NCBI GenBank assembly: GCA_951406725.2
Contig: OX597827.1
Location: forward strand, 64,604,001-64,668,000
Length of the DNA stretch: 64,000 nt
Origin: Octopus vulgaris
Lineage: Eukaryota
Reading direction: 5' to 3'
Part shown: positions 45,141 to 56,963 of the stretch, piece after piece
Numbering within the stretch: position 1 is the first letter of the stretch
Layout of the letters: each line of letters starts with the position of its first letter
Made by a program: the position numbers and the translations under genes
The notes under the pieces: model-generated
What the model saw: only the letters and a program-made list of their open reading frames with translations
What the model was told of the DNA's origin: nothing
Database searches by the model: none

Positions 45141-46138
45141 ATACACACGCACATTATACATATATACATCAGTACATCTGCAGCGCAAATACAAATATAA
45201 ATGCTTGTGTTCCTTCAATAATGTGTGTGTTTTTGTGTGCGTGTGCGTATGTATGTATGTATGTATGTATGTATGTATGTATGTATGTATGTATGTATGT
45301 ATGTATGTATGTATGTATGTATGTATGTATGTATGTATGTATGTGTGCGTGTACGTATACAATAAACATTGCTAGCAAGCTGTGGGTATTTCTAAGTAGC
45401 TGAAACGTGTATCTGAAGAAAGATAAGATTTTAATTCCCTCTAACTTTTTCATATAAAATATTTTATTCGAAAAAAACCTTCATGTTTCATATACACAAC
45501 ATCTCGTCTCTCTTGTCGTTTCTTACTCTCTCTTTTTTTTCTGATTTCATTTTACATCCACTGTCCGTTTCTACTAAGCTATATAAATATCAGTTCTCTA
45601 GGTATGGATATTTGCAAATAGCCATACTGTTGAAGGCTTATCTGAACAATGATAAAGAATTTAATCGTCCCTCTGACGTATTTATCTACAAGCTGCTACT
45701 TTGAAATCATCCATATTTTCTTGTATCTCTTCACCCCGAACTCGCTCTCTCTCTCTCTCTCTCTCTCTCTTGTGTGTATGTCTCTCTCTCTCTCTTTGTC
45801 TCTTTCTCACTCCTCCCTATCTTTCTTGTAACCTTCATCCTCTGCAAAGGTAAATAAATATCAGAGTTCATATTTTCCATTGTCTACCGGTACACTTACT
45901 GCCACACGTGGCCTTGTGACGTGCTATGGGATTTCAACAAGTCCCTATGTATTTCCTTATGGGTACAGGCGAACTTCCAACCACCTGGAATACCGTCATA
46001 ACTACCCTTTTCTTCTTTACATCTACCTACTTGGCGGAGGCGACCCCAAACCAACAGCAAAGTCTCTTTCTCTATATTACTGCTAGCCTTAAGGTACGAT
46101 AACTAAAGATATGTTATAATTAAAACATGATTACTGGA

Positions 46139-46170
<32 letters not shown>

Positions 46171-47299
46171 CGAGAGAGAGAGGGGGGGCAGAGACCGGGC
46201 TTTTATTTTCCTTATGTAATATCAAAACCATGTGTCGTACAGCACGCACGCATTCAAAGGAAGCACAATATAATAGCGTAGCTACCATTCCACAAGAATC
46301 CTTAATGTTAGAATCCAGTTTCTTCAACTGTTATTTAAATTTTGTTTTTGTTTCAGAAAAAATTTGTGGGAAATTTATTGTGACTCGTATTATTGAAAAA
46401 TTAATTTTCCTTTAATTCTATTCCGTGATGGTAGTGTTCATCTCATTGGTCCGACCTTGAAGATAATTTAACGTTGTATAAACATGAATGGATCGACTCT
46501 TGATGCACCACCTCTGAATATATCACCTCTTAATGGATGGATCAATTCTAAACGAGTCATCTCTTAATGGACCAATCCTTAATGGATCCCTTCTTAACCG
46601 ATGATCTCTCAACAGATTAACTTTAACAGTTTCCGTCTTTTACTTCGGCTAAACGATAAAGCAAGGCAATTATGTTGTCCTCACCTTGTGGCAGTATCGC
46701 CGCTCAGTTTGCAGTTTTCACACATCTTGCCATTGTGCTTTTACACGTTAAACGAAGTGATAGCCTTGCTCGCAAGCCTGAATAATAATTGAAAACAAAA
46801 ACAAAAAGATCAAGAGCGGCACTGGAACCAACGTTACCTGGCATCATTCGTAGGCGGATCAATTCTAGAAGCTTTGTAATTTCAAAGGTATATATATATA
46901 TATATATAGACTTGTCAATAATCATTTTAATATGGTTATAGTGGTTATTGACAATTTTGTCTTTTTTCGGTATATTTGGCATTAGAATTTATCTTTTGCC
47001 CTTATTTTATAAGTTATATGTATATATATATATATATATATATGTAAATTTAAATTAAGCAGAAAATGGAGAAAATTTCTGTTCAACAACCAAACTGACT
47101 ACCATCGGTTATTATTTTTGTTAATACAAAACGTTAACATTACTAACAGCCGTTTCTGCTTACTATGTCAATCGGCGTTGGTAAAGAATGCTGAGAATAA
47201 TACTTAACTGCTTTGGAGGCTCATAGCTTCAGATAACTATGGACTGTTATTTCAAGGACTCCATTTAAAAACAAAGTTCAAGGGCTCCATTTAAAAGTA

Positions 47300-48130
47300 A
47301 AGTTCTGGACAGCTGGCAGGGTGAGCGAGTTAGGACAACTGACCATCATTTGCAGGAGGATAGCGTGGGTGCATTACAGCTTCTAAACCAAGCTCTTGAA
47401 TAGCATGTTTGTTCAAATTAGCGTCACGGTATGGTAAGGGTTGCATGTTGAGGAAGCACGTGGTGTCGCCGGTCGACTCGTTTGTATCTTACCTATCGAG
47501 TGAAGGTGACGGGCGACGGTATTATAAGAGCATCTAAGGTGGCGAGCTGGCAGAATCGTTAGCACACCGGGCGAAATGCCTAGCGGTATTTCGTCTGCCG
47601 CTACATTCTGAGTTCAAATTCCGCCGAGGTCGACTTTGCCTTTCATCCTTTCGGGGTCGATAAATTAAGTACCAGTTACACACCGGGGTCGATGTAATCG
47701 ACTTAATCCGTTTGTCTGTCCTTGTTTGTCCTCTCTGTGTTTAGCTCATTGTGGGTAGTAAAGAAATATGTATTATAAGAGCATCCATTTGTTGGGCCAA
47801 TTCTGGAGTCGAATGGCAGGATTCTTGTAAATGAGTTCATTCAATCGATCGTCGTTGAATTGAACAAGCTGAGAGGAAAGCGGAGCGTCGGTGAGGTCGA
47901 AATTTCCATCCTTGAAGCGTGAAAAACATTTGTGCGGAGTTGTTTTAGTAATAGCGCCTTATCTGCCAGAAAAAAATGCCTCAAGTAGTTTTGACAGCTT
48001 TGGAACCTTGATTGAAAGTGGAGAGAAGCAGGTGTCAAAAGTGCTTTTTTCCTTCACTATTTCGCAATCCGTCGTCATTTCTTCGCATTTCAAAAACAAC
48101 AAAGAAAAGCTATAGTGGACGACAGGCCTG
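47300..48130 (-). pseudogene. Decayed, internally deleted mariner, interrupted by a SINE
   Basis: Minus strand HLLL.HFNQGSKA, FSRFKDGNFDLTDAP, VARHLHSIGK, IQELGLE..MHPRYP. Confidence 0.75.
47536..47769 (+). mobile_element. Meta-like SINE with 16 bp TSD
   Basis: TSD gtattataagagcatc at 47519-47534 and 47770-47785. Confidence 0.9.
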
Positions 48131-48741
48131 TAAAATTATATAATACTTTACGAAAAAATAATATTCGTGTTAATTCAATAAAAATTGGGAAGGAACGAAA
48201 GAATTTATATGACAACACAATATAAGCCAGAAATGTAGAAGAGAACAAAAATGATCAAAATCTCATAGATCATGGGTCCAGAAACCAAGGGTTGACATAG
48301 GGCTAAGCAACATTATGAAATGTAACAAATACTTGTCCTTATTCGTGTAATTTTCTAAGTATTACGTTACCATCATCATGTACACTTCATTTATCACTAT
48401 TAGAGATAATTATTTTTATAATAAATATGCATTAAATTTCATTGAGCACGAGCTATTTTATATGAATTAATACTTAATGCCAATCGAGATTTAATTTAAT
48501 TTTGCATAGTCATCAAAGAGCAATTTATTATAGATTTTAAAGTTTGAAACCCAGAGATATTCAATTAAAATTTTGTAATTTATGAAATATGTAAAGGAAT
48601 GAGAACTGTAAACAAAAAATAAATTTTGAAAGTGTGAAAATGATATCAAATTCACATGAATAGAATACAATATGTAAATACAAATATGTATAATAACATT
48701 CATATAAACACACAGTCAATGTACTATATATACATATAAAT

Positions 48742-48791
<50 letters not shown>

Positions 48792-48912
48792 ATACATATA
48801 TATATATGCATACATATATATATGCATACATATATATATATATGCATACATACATACATACATACATATATATATATACATGCACATATATACATACACA
48901 TATATATATACA

Positions 48913-48970
<58 letters not shown>

Positions 48971-50187
48971 TGTAAATATGCATGTATGTATTTATATATA
49001 CGTACAGCTATTTATATATACGCACATATATATATATATATATATACATACATTTACACATACACACATATACATGCATATGCATATATATACGCACGTA
49101 CACATACATACACACACAAGCATACGCTCATACACCCACAAACACACACATACACTCATATTTCTAAATGATATTTTATATTGACATGTTTCTGTTTAAT
49201 AATATTTCAATGCATTACGCCAAAATGTAAAAATGTAAAAATTTTTACATTTTGGCATTTTGCTGAGATTTTTCTTGAGAACACACTCTTCGTGATAATG
49301 GCAATTTGACTTCTATGTTCAGCATATTAGGTGTCCACTTTAGTGATCATTACTCTTAATTTTATAGATTTATATATATAGAGTAACATACTAAAGAAAA
49401 GAATTCCTTGAAAGGGGTCTGCAAAACATCTAATCTGGTAAGTCATTTGAATATCGCATAAATAATTTCAGAATTTTGAATCTTTTTGGTACATATTCTT
49501 GTAGTTACTCTAAAATGCATCGTTATATTAGTATTCTAATATTAATTACATATTACAAATAAGATGTCTTCATTATATTAGATAATTATATGTATAAATA
49601 CATTCGTTTAATTTATTAATTAATTGATGATAATTATAACAATAATAATATTACTGATAATAATAAATAGTTTATTTGACTTACTAAATTTAAACGCAAT
49701 AATAATTATTGTAGTATTGTATTTTGTATACCTTGTATTCTTATTACAACAATATTATTTCGTTACTTACGAAAGAATTAATAAAATTTGGATATATACC
49801 ATATAGTCATTTAATTAAGAAATAATATTAATCATATTTTTGGAGGGCCAATACTCAATTCTTGTTTCTGTTTATAATAATGTTTATTTACTGTGTTCTT
49901 CCTTCCGTAATAATTTTTATTTAAGTAACTTCAAATCTGGTTACTTCTAAAAAAAACTAATAATATTTTGATATCCATTATTATAGCCTAACTCTATATC
50001 TATCGGGTATTTTAGGTTATAGCATTTGCAGCTCTAAATTTATCTTCATATTTATTACGAAATTCTCCCTATGATAAATTAAGTAAGCAAAGAAATTTTT
50101 TGTTAGGTTTCTATTCATATTTATTACGGAATTCTCCCTCCGATGAACAATAAATAAAGAACGTTTTTATTATTAGTTACTTTAAAT

Positions 50188-50490
50188 AAACCTGGGCTTC
50201 AAAGTTCCACAGTTCTTCAATATCCTCCCGAAGGACCTGAAAGACTTGCATGGGGTGGATGTAGGTATCTTCAAAATAAAGCTGGACTTCTTACTGTCAA
50301 GTGTCCCAGATGAACCAGCCTCGCGGCAGGAGGTGCAGATGAGGGCAGCTGCGTCAAACTCTCTCATGTACCAAATGTCAATTCCTAAAAGGCATTCGTG
50401 AAGTAATATTATGTAGCAACACCAAATGGCGGTGCCCCAGCATAGCCACAGCTCGTGAGCTGAAACTAGATAAAATAAAAAAAAATAAAA
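50188..50490 (+). mobile_element. LINE 3' end (CR1 group probable) with terminal hairpin and A-rich tail
   Basis: [38 protein letters not shown]; 3' UTR ggcggtgccccagcatagccacagctcgtgagctgaaac. Confidence 0.82.
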
Positions 50491-50922
50491 ATGAAATAAA
50501 ATAGAAAAATCTTTTTTATATCAATAACTTAAAATAAATAGAACAGTTATTATATATTGAAAATATAATTATCATTTATATTTTTTACACGTTTTATTAC
50601 AGTTTCTAGATTAAGTAAGGCACTGATACTTAATTATATACATATATATTATTATTGTATATTATTATAATAGCGAAAGATTGTCGTAGACATAAACGGG
50701 TTTGGATTAATATTATTCGAGTTATATAGAAATATATTTCGATAGTTGTAGATTCTAATTACTTGATTATTTTGTCCGTTATAATAGTGTTGCTTTTAAT
50801 TGTAATTAATATCTAGTTGAAAGGCTAACTCTCACGCTCATAATTCATAGGCATTTGAATTAAGTTTTTTTTTACAGTCCAGCCGTCCTTTCACACGTAA
50901 TTTCGTCTATCTTCAAAGCATT

Positions 50923-51002
50923 GGCCCTGATGAGACTTACGTAAGGTGATTGAGTAGTGTATGTATCAAAAAATGTATATAAGTCGAAAAAAATTGTCTT
51001 TT
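50923..51002 (+). ncRNA. Partial hammerhead-like motif with long stem II
   Basis: CTGATGA-GACTTA...TAAGTC-GAAA-aaaattg-TC; stem I does not pair. Confidence 0.45.
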
Positions 51003-51119
51003 CGTTTTTTTGATAATTGTTTATGTTACATTATATTAAATTATATTATATTCATAGTATGTTATGTTATATTATAATATAAATAGATTATTAGATTGTC
51101 AATGGTATCTCTCTATTTA

Positions 51120-51179
<60 letters not shown>

Positions 51180-51356
51180 GATAAGAAAGTTTGTTTGGTA
51201 AAGCACGTGGGTGAATATATAAGAAAATAGTAAAGTGTGAAAAAACGACAGAAGGCTTAAATGTTAAAAAATATATATATTTGTGTCAAAATGTCTGGAG
51301 AATATTGGAAAAATGTTTTTCCTTTCCTTAAAATGACATAATTTAAAAATTTTTTA

Positions 51357-51396
51357 AAGAAATTACCGGTTTCGCGTGTAGCTTTTCAAATTTCTT
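51357..51396 (-). ncRNA. Minimal hammerhead motif, U3-A8 variant (left arm)
   Basis: Reverse complement of 54419-54458. Confidence 0.8.
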
Positions 51397-51579
51397 GTGA
51401 CGTTATGTTTATATTGCATGGAGTTATCGTTGTGTTTATTATCAGGAGATTTCTAAATAAGGGGAGGTAGTGAGTGATTTCTTCCGGTGTAAGGGAGATA
51501 ATCGCTTAAAATTTTGTTTCCTTTTCCCTTGTTAATTTCTCTGTGTCAGTATGTTCGGATGGTTTTTCCCTTTCCCTTG

Positions 51580-52374
51580 TTAATTTCTCTGTGTCAGTAT
51601 GTTCGGATGGTTGAGTCTGGGTTTGTACTTTTCAATGAAGAATGTTTCCTTGTTCAGTCTCATTTGTGTTGATGATCCGAAAGCACATTGGTAAAATGGG
51701 AAGATTAAAAATTGTGGCAGTAGTTGCTTTGCGCATTTCTCAATGTGCTCACTAAAAGGTATCATTCTATATTCTGGGAATGCAATCTGTTGTCGATGCA
51801 GTGTGCATCTACGCCTGAGTGATAGTCCCGTGGAACCCACGTAGTCTTGGTGGCAGCCCGAGCATTTAATGACATAAATTATGTTTTCAGAGGCACAAGT
51901 AAAGTTAGATTTGATCTTGAATTTCTGTCCCTCTTTAAAGAAGAATTCTGATCCTTCCAATAGGTTAGGACATGTTGCACAGTTCGATCTACCACATTTT
52001 TTTACTTTTGCATCCGTAATTTTAGAAGACAATTTTGCCTTTGTGAGAATCTTTTTAAGTGATTTAGGCTGTTTGTAGCTTTTAATGATTTGGTGTATGT
52101 TTAGAATTTCCTTTAATTTTGGGTTTTTATGAAGTATTGGTAAATTCTGGGTGATGATGGTGAAGGCTTCTTTGTTTCTGGGGTTGTATGTAGATATGTA
52201 AGGTAGTATTTTCGGGGAAGGTGTGTTGTTGTGTTGAACTTTTCTTAAAGTTTCTATGTTGATTTCTGTTGCACGTCTGATCCCATCCTCTATGAGTTGA
52301 GCTGGGTAATGTCTGTCAATTAGGGTGTTTTTGAGTTCTTGCAGTCTAAAGTTCCTGGTATTTTGTTCTGACAC
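51580..52374 (-). CDS. PLE ORF C-terminus: thumb end, Cys linker and GIY-YIG endonuclease (left arm)
   Basis: CGRSNCATC; NIIYVIKCSGCHQDYVGSTG; R..LH, SEH, KE..FI...P.LN. Confidence 0.9.
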   Translation of the reverse strand: MSEQNTRNFRLQELKNTLIDRHYPAQLIEDGIRRATEINIETLRKVQHNNTPSPKILPYISTYNPRNKEAFTIITQNLPILHKNPKLKEILNIHQIIKSYKQPKSLKKILTKAKLSSKITDAKVKKCGRSNCATCPNLLEGSEFFFKEGQKFKIKSNFTCASENIIYVIKCSGCHQDYVGSTGLSLRRRCTLHRQQIAFPEYRMIPFSEHIEKCAKQLLPQFLIFPFYQCAFGSSTQMRLNKETFFIEKYKPRLNHPNILTQRN

Positions 52375-52638
52375 TATTGTGCATATCCTTCTTGCAAGGT
52401 TGAAGGGGATGTTTGTTTTAGTGTGTCTTGGGTGGCATGAATTAAAAAGAAGGTATTGTTTGGCGTCTGTGGCTTTGTAAAAAATGTCTGTTTCTATTTT
52501 AAGGTTAATTTTTTAAATTAGTATATCCAAGAACGGGAGCTCCTTTTGGTTGTATTCCATTGTGAACTGTATATTTGGGTTTATGCTGTTCAATAGGTTT
52601 TTTAAATTTTAGGAGTTTATCTATGTTTATCTAGCCTT

Positions 52639-53436
52639 TTCTATGGTCTGCCAAAAATTCATAAAAGTCAAATTATAAATGAAACCATTAAAAAATCACC
52701 AAAGACATACATACACACACCTAATCCGGGGGACCTAAAACTACGACCCATTGTAGCTGGCCCAACCTGTGAAACACACAGACTAAGTCTACTTATGGAC
52801 ATCCTCATGAAACCCTTCCTTAAACATATCGATAGCCATATCAGAGATGACTTAGATATGTTAAACCACCTTCCAAAAAAAACCAAGGAAGAAACAATCC
52901 TGGTTTCATTTGATGTAGTCAACTTGTATACCAGTATACCTCACAATTATGGACTGGAGGCAATACAGTTCTGGTTAGACCAATTTCCGGAAGAAATACC
53001 AAAAAGGATCAGTAAGGAATTCATTACTAAATCAATTGAATTCATCCTACACAATAACCACTTCATGTTTGACAATACATTTTACCGTCAAAAATCCGGA
53101 ATTGCTATGGGTACAAGGGCAGCACCAGTCATTGCGAACTTAACAATGGGATACATGGAAATAATCATTTACCAGGAATCTCTATCAATCTTTGGAAACT
53201 CCCTCTCTCAATACATAAAAGAGAATTGGAAACGATTCCTAGACGATTGTTTCATTCTCTGGAATGAAAACATAGATAAACTCCTAAAATTTAAAAACCT
53301 ATTGAACAGCATAAACCCAAATATACAGTTCACAATGGAATACAACCAAAAGGAGCTCCCGTTCTTGGATATACTAATTAAAAAAACACTAAAACAAACA
53401 TCCCCTTCAACCTTGCAAGAAGGATATGCACAATAG
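52639..53436 (+). CDS. PLE reverse transcriptase (5'-truncated; frameshifted by a deletion near 53386)
   Basis: FYGLPKIHK, LRPIVAG, SFDVVNLYTSIP, QKSGIAMGT, RFLDDCF, LPFLDI. Confidence 0.93.
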   Translation, partial: FYGLPKIHKSQIINETIKKSPKTYIHTPNPGDLKLRPIVAGPTCETHRLSLLMDILMKPFLKHIDSHIRDDLDMLNHLPKKTKEETILVSFDVVNLYTSIPHNYGLEAIQFWLDQFPEEIPKRISKEFITKSIEFILHNNHFMFDNTFYRQKSGIAMGTRAAPVIANLTMGYMEIIIYQESLSIFGNSLSQYIKENWKRFLDDCFILWNENIDKLLKFKNLLNSINPNIQFTMEYNQKELPFLDILIKKTLKQTSPSTLQEGYAQ

Positions 53437-54230
53437 TGTCAGAACAAAATACCAGGAACTTTAGACTGCAAGAACTCAAAAACACCCTAATTGACAGACA
53501 TTACCCAGCTCAACTCATAGAGGATGGGATCAGACGTGCAACAGAAATCAACATAGAAACTTTAAGAAAAGTTCAACACAACAACACACCTTCCCCGAAA
53601 ATACTACCTTACATATCTACATACAACCCCAGAAACAAAGAAGCCTTCACCATCATCACCCAGAATTTACCAATACTTCATAAAAACCCAAAATTAAAGG
53701 AAATTCTAAACATACACCAAATCATTAAAAGCTACAAACAGCCTAAATCACTTAAAAAGATTCTCACAAAGGCAAAATTGTCTTCTAAAATTACGGATGC
53801 AAAAGTAAAAAAATGTGGTAGATCGAACTGTGCAACATGTCCTAACCTATTGGAAGGATCAGAATTCTTCTTTAAAGAGGGACAGAAATTCAAGATCAAA
53901 TCTAACTTTACTTGTGCCTCTGAAAACATAATTTATGTCATTAAATGCTCGGGCTGCCACCAAGACTACGTGGGTTCCACGGGACTATCACTCAGGCGTA
54001 GATGCACACTGCATCGACAACAGATTGCATTCCCAGAATATAGAATGATACCTTTTAGTGAGCACATTGAGAAATGCGCAAAGCAACTACTGCCACAATT
54101 TTTAATCTTCCCATTTTACCAATGTGCTTTCGGATCATCAACACAAATGAGACTGAACAAGGAAACATTCTTCATTGAAAAGTACAAACCCAGACTCAAC
54201 CATCCGAACATACTGACACAGAGAAATTAA
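53436..54230 (+). CDS. PLE ORF C-terminus with GIY-YIG endonuclease (right arm)
   Basis: Identical 264 aa translation to 51580..52374. Confidence 0.9.
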   Translation: MSEQNTRNFRLQELKNTLIDRHYPAQLIEDGIRRATEINIETLRKVQHNNTPSPKILPYISTYNPRNKEAFTIITQNLPILHKNPKLKEILNIHQIIKSYKQPKSLKKILTKAKLSSKITDAKVKKCGRSNCATCPNLLEGSEFFFKEGQKFKIKSNFTCASENIIYVIKCSGCHQDYVGSTGLSLRRRCTLHRQQIAFPEYRMIPFSEHIEKCAKQLLPQFLIFPFYQCAFGSSTQMRLNKETFFIEKYKPRLNHPNILTQRN

Positions 54231-54418
54231 CAAGGGAAAGGGAAAAACCATCCGAACATACTGACACAGAGAAATTAACAAGGGAAAAGGAAAAAAAAAA
54301 AAATTTTAAGCGATTATCTCCCTTACACCGGAAGAAATCACTCACTACCTCCCCTTATTTAGAAATCTCCTGATAATAAACACAACGATAACTCCATGCA
54401 ATATAAACATAACGTCAC

Positions 54419-54458
54419 AAGAAATTTGAAAAGCTACACGCGAAACCGGTAATTTCTT
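54419..54458 (+). ncRNA. Minimal hammerhead motif, U3-A8 variant, in PLE 3' region
   Basis: AAGAAAT-TTGAAAA-GC tacac GC-GAAA-ccgg-TA-ATTTCTT (7 bp stem I, palindromic loop III). Confidence 0.8.
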
Positions 54459-54593
54459 TAAAAATTTTTTAAATTATGTCATTTTAAGGAAAGGAAAAAC
54501 ATTTTACCAATATTCTCCAGACATTTTGACACAAATATATATATTTTTTAACATTTAAGCCTTCTGTCGTTTTTTCACACTTTACTATTTTCT

Positions 54594-54632
<39 letters not shown>

Positions 54633-54983
54633 CTTCAATAATTATAAGTTCTAAGCTTATAAGCTTTCAACATGTATTGGTGATATATAATAGTCTAATA
54701 CTAGGGCATATCGGAAATTGTCTGATATTGTATCAAACTATTCTCTGTAGGCAATACACGGTGAACGCTTATAAGCGTATAGTTACTGTTATTTACAGAG
54801 TTTTCAATCATCAACGTTTCTTCATTTAGCGCATATATTTTTAATACTTTTCTCGCTGTATTGCGTGTTCGTTTTTTCAATTTGTATAATTAATACAGTT
54901 CTATATTTAAGAGATGAGGAATTATGTACATTATTTACATTATTTGCATTTGACGGATATTTGTCCTCATCTTGTTTGTTGTT

Positions 54984-55029
54984 AACACAACGTTTCGCCT
55001 GATATACCCTCCAGCCTTCACCAGGTGTC
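54984..55029 (-). ncRNA. Minimal hammerhead motif (A6 mutated), same family as 13945
   Basis: gacac-CTGGTGA-aggctgg..tcaggc-GAAA-cg-TT-gtgtt. Confidence 0.7.
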
Positions 55030-55195
55030 CTGGGTTCGAAATAATGTGAATAATGTGTACAATTAACACGGAAAAAGAAATATATAGTTACCAGGGTAGC
55101 AAAAATTCACATAAGTGCCAAGGATGTTACAGCCTACATATAAAGATAGAATTTCCAGGATTTAGAGTAATATTTTTGGATCAAATAGATAAATT

Positions 55196-55617
55196 AAGAA
55201 ATGGAGTTAAGCGCAGGTGTTATTCAAATCTTTATACTTCCAACATGTTTCGAAGAAAACATTAGTATTATTCCGGAGGGAATAAAATGATATAAAACAT
55301 TGCAATCATCACATCAGGGGAAAACAGGGAAATAAAACACACCAATAAGCCATTTTAACCGAATGTAATTACCACATATATGATGAAAGGGGATGCTGGT
55401 AAGTTATTTTTTGAAAGAATAACTTGCCAGCGTTCCCCTTCATCATAAAGGCGGTAATCATATTCGGTTAAAAGGACTCATTGATGTGTTTTGTTCCTCT
55501 TTTTTCCCTGACGAGATGATTGCATTGTTTTACATCATTTTATTCCCCCTGGAATAATACTGCTGTATTGTTCGAAACATGTCGGAAGTATAATAACACC
55601 TGCGTTTAACTCCAATT

Positions 55618-55620
<3 letters not shown>
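55196..55620. repeat. Fold-back element, about 210 bp arms, abutting (TA)n
   Basis: ggagttaagcgcaggtgttatt / aataacacctgcgtttaactcc; centre near 55410. Confidence 0.9.
55504..55587 (+). ncRNA. Hammerhead motif with 59 nt domain II
   Basis: ttcc-CTGACGA-[59 nt]-GAAA-catg-TC-ggaa; degenerate counterpart in the left arm. Confidence 0.72.
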
Positions 55621-55673
<53 letters not shown>

Positions 55674-55795
55674 AGGGTACTACTATTCGTAGATACCACA
55701 CGCTAAGAGGGACCAATGCGGTCAAAACTACTAAAAATAAACAAAATTTTACCGAATGCAAAACTTCAAAACACATCATTTAAAAAATGAATTCA

Positions 55796-55859
55796 GTTAC
55801 ATATCACATGTGATTTCGCATTTAATGCAGAATATGTATTTCATGTTCGTCAGTGCAAC
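55796..55859 (-). ncRNA. Hammerhead motif with 10 nt palindromic stem III
   Basis: gttgca-CTGACGA-[..gcat taa atgc]-GAAA-tcacatgtga-TA-tgtaac. Confidence 0.8.
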
Positions 55860-56051
55860 AAACTCAAGAAATATTAGAAAAAACATAACATTACAAACTC
55901 GATAGCCAACCGTAGAATTCGTCGTAGCATGTACGAATGTTTATCCTTACATATCTATGAAAATGGCGGGCTTTTTCGCAATGCATTTCGGTAACAAATT
56001 GCCTAGTCGGAATAAAAATTCAGTATTGAACTATTCCGGTGAAAAATATAA

Positions 56052-56096
56052 ATTAACAATTGAGGATAAAATCTTTAAAGATTTTATCCTCAATTG

Positions 56097-56101
<5 letters not shown>
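56052..56101. repeat. Perfect 50 bp palindrome abutting (TA)n
   Basis: attaacaattgaggataaaatcttt|aaagattttatcctcaattgttaat. Confidence 0.95.
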
Positions 56102-56138
<37 letters not shown>

Positions 56139-56295
56139 CATATACATATATATATTTATAGGTTATGAGAGGTAATGGTGTCAGTGAGACCCAAAGGTGT
56201 CGGGTAATGCTGAATAAGTGCTATGGACAGACCATAGTTGAGTTCCAGGTTCGGTGATTATGCGAGTAGAAGATGGAATATGCATTAGAATTTTT

Positions 56296-56643
56296 ATTAA
56301 GTACAACACTTGTTTCGACCCATCGTTCTGGGTCTTTTCGTGTACATCAATAAAATAGTCTCACTAGAGATTTCTTGTGTCGGATTGCTTGCCGCTATAT
56401 GTCCATCGAATTTGAGAATGAACAAAAGCAAAGAAAAATTATTGAAATGAAACAATTTCAAATATGAACGTGGCAAGTATACACTCCAGTTTAGATAAAA
56501 TGACGTTGCTGTTATTCATTATCAAATTTGATAGACATATAGGGGGCAAGCAATCCGACACAAGAAATCTTTAGTGAGACTTTTTTTATTGATGTACTCG
56601 AAGAAACCCAGATCGATGGGTCGACACATGTGTTGTACTTAAT
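56296..56643. repeat. Fold-back element with degenerate hammerhead-like motifs in both arms (56301-56345 -, 56594-56638 +)
   Basis: About 97 bp arms; gtac-(a/t)cgaa(a/g)a-GACCC..GGGTC-GA(A/C)A-ca(a/t)gtg-TT-gtac. Confidence 0.75.
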
Positions 56644-56786
56644 CAAAGTGTAATATACATTCCAGCGACTTTCTTAATACTATTACACCAACTGCCACTG
56701 CGAAATTCCTGATGTAAATGTACGGATAATAACAGGCAACCTAAACTGTACAGCCCAAACATTTTTATACATTTTTGTATTTTTCC

Positions 56787-56855
<69 letters not shown>

Positions 56856-56873
56856 CATACATATATATATATA

Positions 56874-56916
<43 letters not shown>

Positions 56917-56963
56917 TTGGATTTGGTTTGCAAGATACTTTATACGAGTTCGTGTGTTGAAAC

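Larger units (their letters stand above)
51175..54600. mobile_element. Penelope-like element (Neptune-like), fold-back insertion of two 5'-truncated copies between (TA)n tracts
   Basis: Minus arm 51175-52628 and plus arm about 52630-54600, near-identical over about 1.3 kb; (TA)n at 51122-51172 and 54600-54625. Confidence 0.93.
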
